NCBI GenBank assembly: GCA_043228905.1
Contig: JBHGNT010000014.1
Coordinates: 15,128,001-15,192,000, forward strand
Source: Azolla caroliniana
Taxonomy: Eukaryota > Plantae > Polypodiophyta
Direction: 5' to 3'
DNA length: 64,000 nucleotides
Shown: piece by piece, positions 63,090-64,000 of the stretch
How positions within the stretch are numbered: position 1 is the stretch's first letter
Layout of the letters: each line of letters starts with the position of its first letter
Translations under genes and position numbers: made by a program
Notes under the pieces: generated by a model
Told to the model about the DNA's origin: nothing
Databases searched by the model: none
Seen by the model: the letters and a program-made list of their open reading frames with translations, nothing else

Positions 63090-63258
63090 GGGCATTTTAG
63101 AATATAAATTAATTCAGAATATGCTTATGATATTAGATTATATATTCTAAAAAGAATACGCACAAACTTGTTATTACAATGGTTAAGGATTTGACATGCG
63201 TATAACAAGGTTGTGAGTTCAATTCCTTTCGAGACAAAATGTGAGTGTCGTCATGACA
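63090..63258. mobile_element. End of an LTR related to 6075-7186
   Basis: Ends TCATGACA next to a copia RT; shares the GTTATTACAATGG...GTTGTGRGTTCRATTC block with 7106-7162. Confidence 0.55.
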
Positions 63259-64000
63259 ACGGCATCCTTCGAAATGAAGGATCTTGGCGACCTTCATTAC
63301 TTCCTCAGGATCGAAGTGATCCGTTCCCCCTAAGACATATTGATCAGTCAGCGTCATTACACGCTGAATATGCTCTTCAAGTTTGGGATGGCAGATTGCA
63401 AGCCCATCTCGACCCCTCTAGATAGAAACGTAAAGCTTCGCTGAGATTTGGGAAAGGCGTGCAACCCGACACGGTTTCGACAGATGGTCGGAAGCCTCAT
63501 CTATTTGACAATCACTCGACCGAACCTCAGCTATCTGGTTGGAATGATCAGTCAATTTATGTTGCAACCCATGACTGAACCCCTTCTGTGCGCGCAAAGG
63601 ATATTACGATATATCAACGGCACGAAAGACATGGCGTTGTTGTATTGTGCAGATGTAGTCGAGCAGTTAGTCGGCTACACGAATGTCGATTGGGCCGAAA
63701 ATGCCCACGATCATAGATCCACATCCGGATACGCATTCTCATTGGGAAGTGCAGCGATCACGTGAAGCAATAAGAAGCAGCCAACAATAGCACTATCAAG
63801 CACAAAGGTCGAATATCGAGGGGCGACTGTCGCTACGTGCGAAGTCATTTGGCTAAAACGGCTATTACGGGATCTGCGCGTAGAGGTGTCTGATCCAATG
63901 ACGATCTACTGTGCCAACCTCAATAGCATCCATCTTGCGAAGAACTCTTGTTCCATGCCCGTTCCAAGCACATTGAGCTGCACTATCACTTTGTCTACGA
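63259..64000 (+). pseudogene. Decayed copia RT end/RNase H
   Basis: FEMKDLGDLHYFLR, VGSLIYLTITRP, RSTSGYAFSLGSAAIT, KHIELHYHF; related to 18038-31307. Confidence 0.9.

Overview
Eukaryotic (land-plant; a seed-free lineage is my inference from the element types) intergenic/heterochromatic DNA made almost entirely of nested LTR retrotransposons. It holds about 20 insertions: Ty1/copia elements and solo LTRs with tRNA-iMet PBS and 5-bp TSDs; a degenerate chromovirus-like Ty3/gypsy element and a related non-autonomous element that appear to self-prime; and a tRNA-Trp-primed Ty3/gypsy lineage comprising one near-intact, very young copy (22295-29624), two decayed copies and two Gag-only non-autonomous elements. 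No intact host gene is present. Host-derived sequence is limited to a RACK1/nucleobase-ascorbate-transporter chimeric pseudogene (59755-61395) and a poly(A)-tailed retrosequence carrying sugar-porter fragments (6428-7091). Main observations: (1) tRNA-like RNA polymerase III A-box/B-box cassettes at canonical spacing recur in the U3 of most gypsy-type LTR families here, nearly always antisense and pointing out of the element; (2) the Trp-primed gypsy lineage makes 4-bp, CpG-centred TSDs (ACGT three times); (3) it has a conserved -1 frameshift signal with pseudoknot and a covarying hairpin before the PPT; (4) Tf1-type self-priming with compensatory changes is visible in two elements. All calls were made by eye, without database searches.
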